Below, one piece after another: positions 62,880 through 64,000 of a stretch of 64,000 nt of DNA (its first letter is position 1; the number at the start of each line of letters is the position of its first letter). The notes beneath the pieces are model-generated. The model made no database searches and had not been told where the DNA came from. It saw nothing but the letters and a program-made list of their open reading frames with translations. A program made the position numbers and the translations under genes. The DNA lies in assembly GCF_963921235.1 (NCBI RefSeq), contig NC_086100.1:36828001-36892000 (forward strand). The letters run 5' to 3'. Source of the DNA: Mobula hypostoma (lineage: Eukaryota).

Positions 62880-63720
62880 TAAGGTTTGACACCCAGGAAC
62901 TTGAAACTGTTCACCCGTTCCACTTCTGATCCCTCAAAGAGGACGGGCGTGTGTTCTCTTGACTTCCCCTTCCTGAAATCCATGATCAATTCCTTGGTCT
63001 CACTGACGTTGAGTGCCAGGTTGTTGCTGCGACACCACTCAACCAGCTGATCTATTTTACTCTTGTATGCCTCCATATCACCATCTGAAATTCTGCCAAC
63101 AGTGGTTGTGTCATTGGCAAATTTATAGATGGCATTTGAGCTGTGCTTAGTCACACAATTATGGGTGTAGAGAGAGTAGAGTACGCATCTTTGAGGTGCG
63201 CTGGTGTTGGAGAAGATATTATTTCCAACCTGCACTGACTGGTCTCCCAGTGAGGAAGTCAAATACTCAGTTGCAGAGGGAAGTACTGAGGCCCACATTT
63301 TGAAGCTGGTTAATTAGAACTGAGTATAATTGTGTTGAATGCTGAGTTGCAGTCAATAAGCAGCAACCTTACATAGGTATTGCAATTGTCCAGGTGATCT
63401 GAGGCCGAGTGGAGGCCAGTGAGATTGCATCTATTGTGTAGACCTATTGTGATGATAGGCTAATTACAGCAGGTTCTGCTCCATGGTTTGGCAGGAGTTG
63501 ATTACAGTCATTCAAATGAGCTTAATGAAATTGCATCTCGTGTCATTCAGCAACCGCAAAAAAATATCCTGAGTTATAGTGATAGACCACTGCCCTTCAA
63601 TACAATACATCCACGTTGAGAGGTGGAGACGTATTTGAATCAGATGCTCAGACAGGTCCTTGGCTTAGTAGGCTCCCTGGATCCTGCAGACATAGGTGAA
63701 CAGCAGAGAGTCGGGTTTAG
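62880..63720 (-). mobile_element. Rex1/Babar LINE RT fragment
   Basis: ORF 62879-63298 YKFANDTTTVGRISDGD...LALNVSETKELIMDFRK...FKFLGV. Confidence 0.88.
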
Positions 63721-63842
63721 AGTTGAAACATGCCTATGCCTTCCATAGTGCTTCTCTTGAGCTCCAAGGCTTCTGTTGAATAAAGCTGCAGGCAGCTCCT
63801 TTTAATGAATCTTGGGAATTGTTGGTAGGGCTGTAGTTGATA

Positions 63843-64000
63843 AAGGTTGAGCACCACTTATCTAAAACGCTTGGATCCAGTAGCATTTCGGATTTTGGAA
63901 TATCAGCATCTATATAATGAGATGCCAGGGGGATGAGACCCAAGTTTAAATGTACAATCCATGTACACTGCATATACAGTACAGCATATACATATGCTCT
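63843..64000 (+). mobile_element. Tigger4/Zombi (MER46)-like DNA transposon end, truncated by the window
   Basis: ta|aaggttgagcaccacttatctaaaacgcttggatccag...tttcggattttggaatat...ataatgagatgccagggggatgagacccaagtttaaa resembles the MER46/Tigger4 left end as I recall it. Confidence 0.55.

Overview
Vertebrate nuclear DNA. The repeat landscape (CR1, Rex1/Babar, Penelope-like and HE1/V-type SINE elements) points to a cartilaginous fish, probably a ray; this is an inference. Two spliced protein-coding genes lie on the + strand: a complete 3-exon C2orf72 (DUF4630) orthologue (CDS 14831-15482, 27196-27312, 30630-30766; 301 aa) and the first 10 coding exons of PSMD1/Rpn2 (ATG at 39225, running off the right end). 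Each starts in a CpG island. The rest is mostly decayed transposable elements: CR1, Rex1/Babar, Penelope-like, a HERO-type retroposon, RTE-derived non-autonomous elements, a Gypsy remnant with its 3' LTR, a full-length dead Tc1 element, hAT MITEs and Tigger-like elements. The most striking observation is a 165-bp fragment of the unlinked gene CYHR1/ZFTRAF1 inserted in circularly permuted order inside a young retroelement in PSMD1 intron 1, as expected if a small DNA circle had re-integrated. Other highlights: a pseudo-GTPase-like pattern in C2orf72, an intact minimal hammerhead ribozyme, a palindromic ARE downstream of PSMD1 exon 1, and a ~480-bp-arm Penelope fold-back. Protein and repeat-family identifications are from remembered sequences, not database searches; TE boundaries without a TIR or TSD are approximate.
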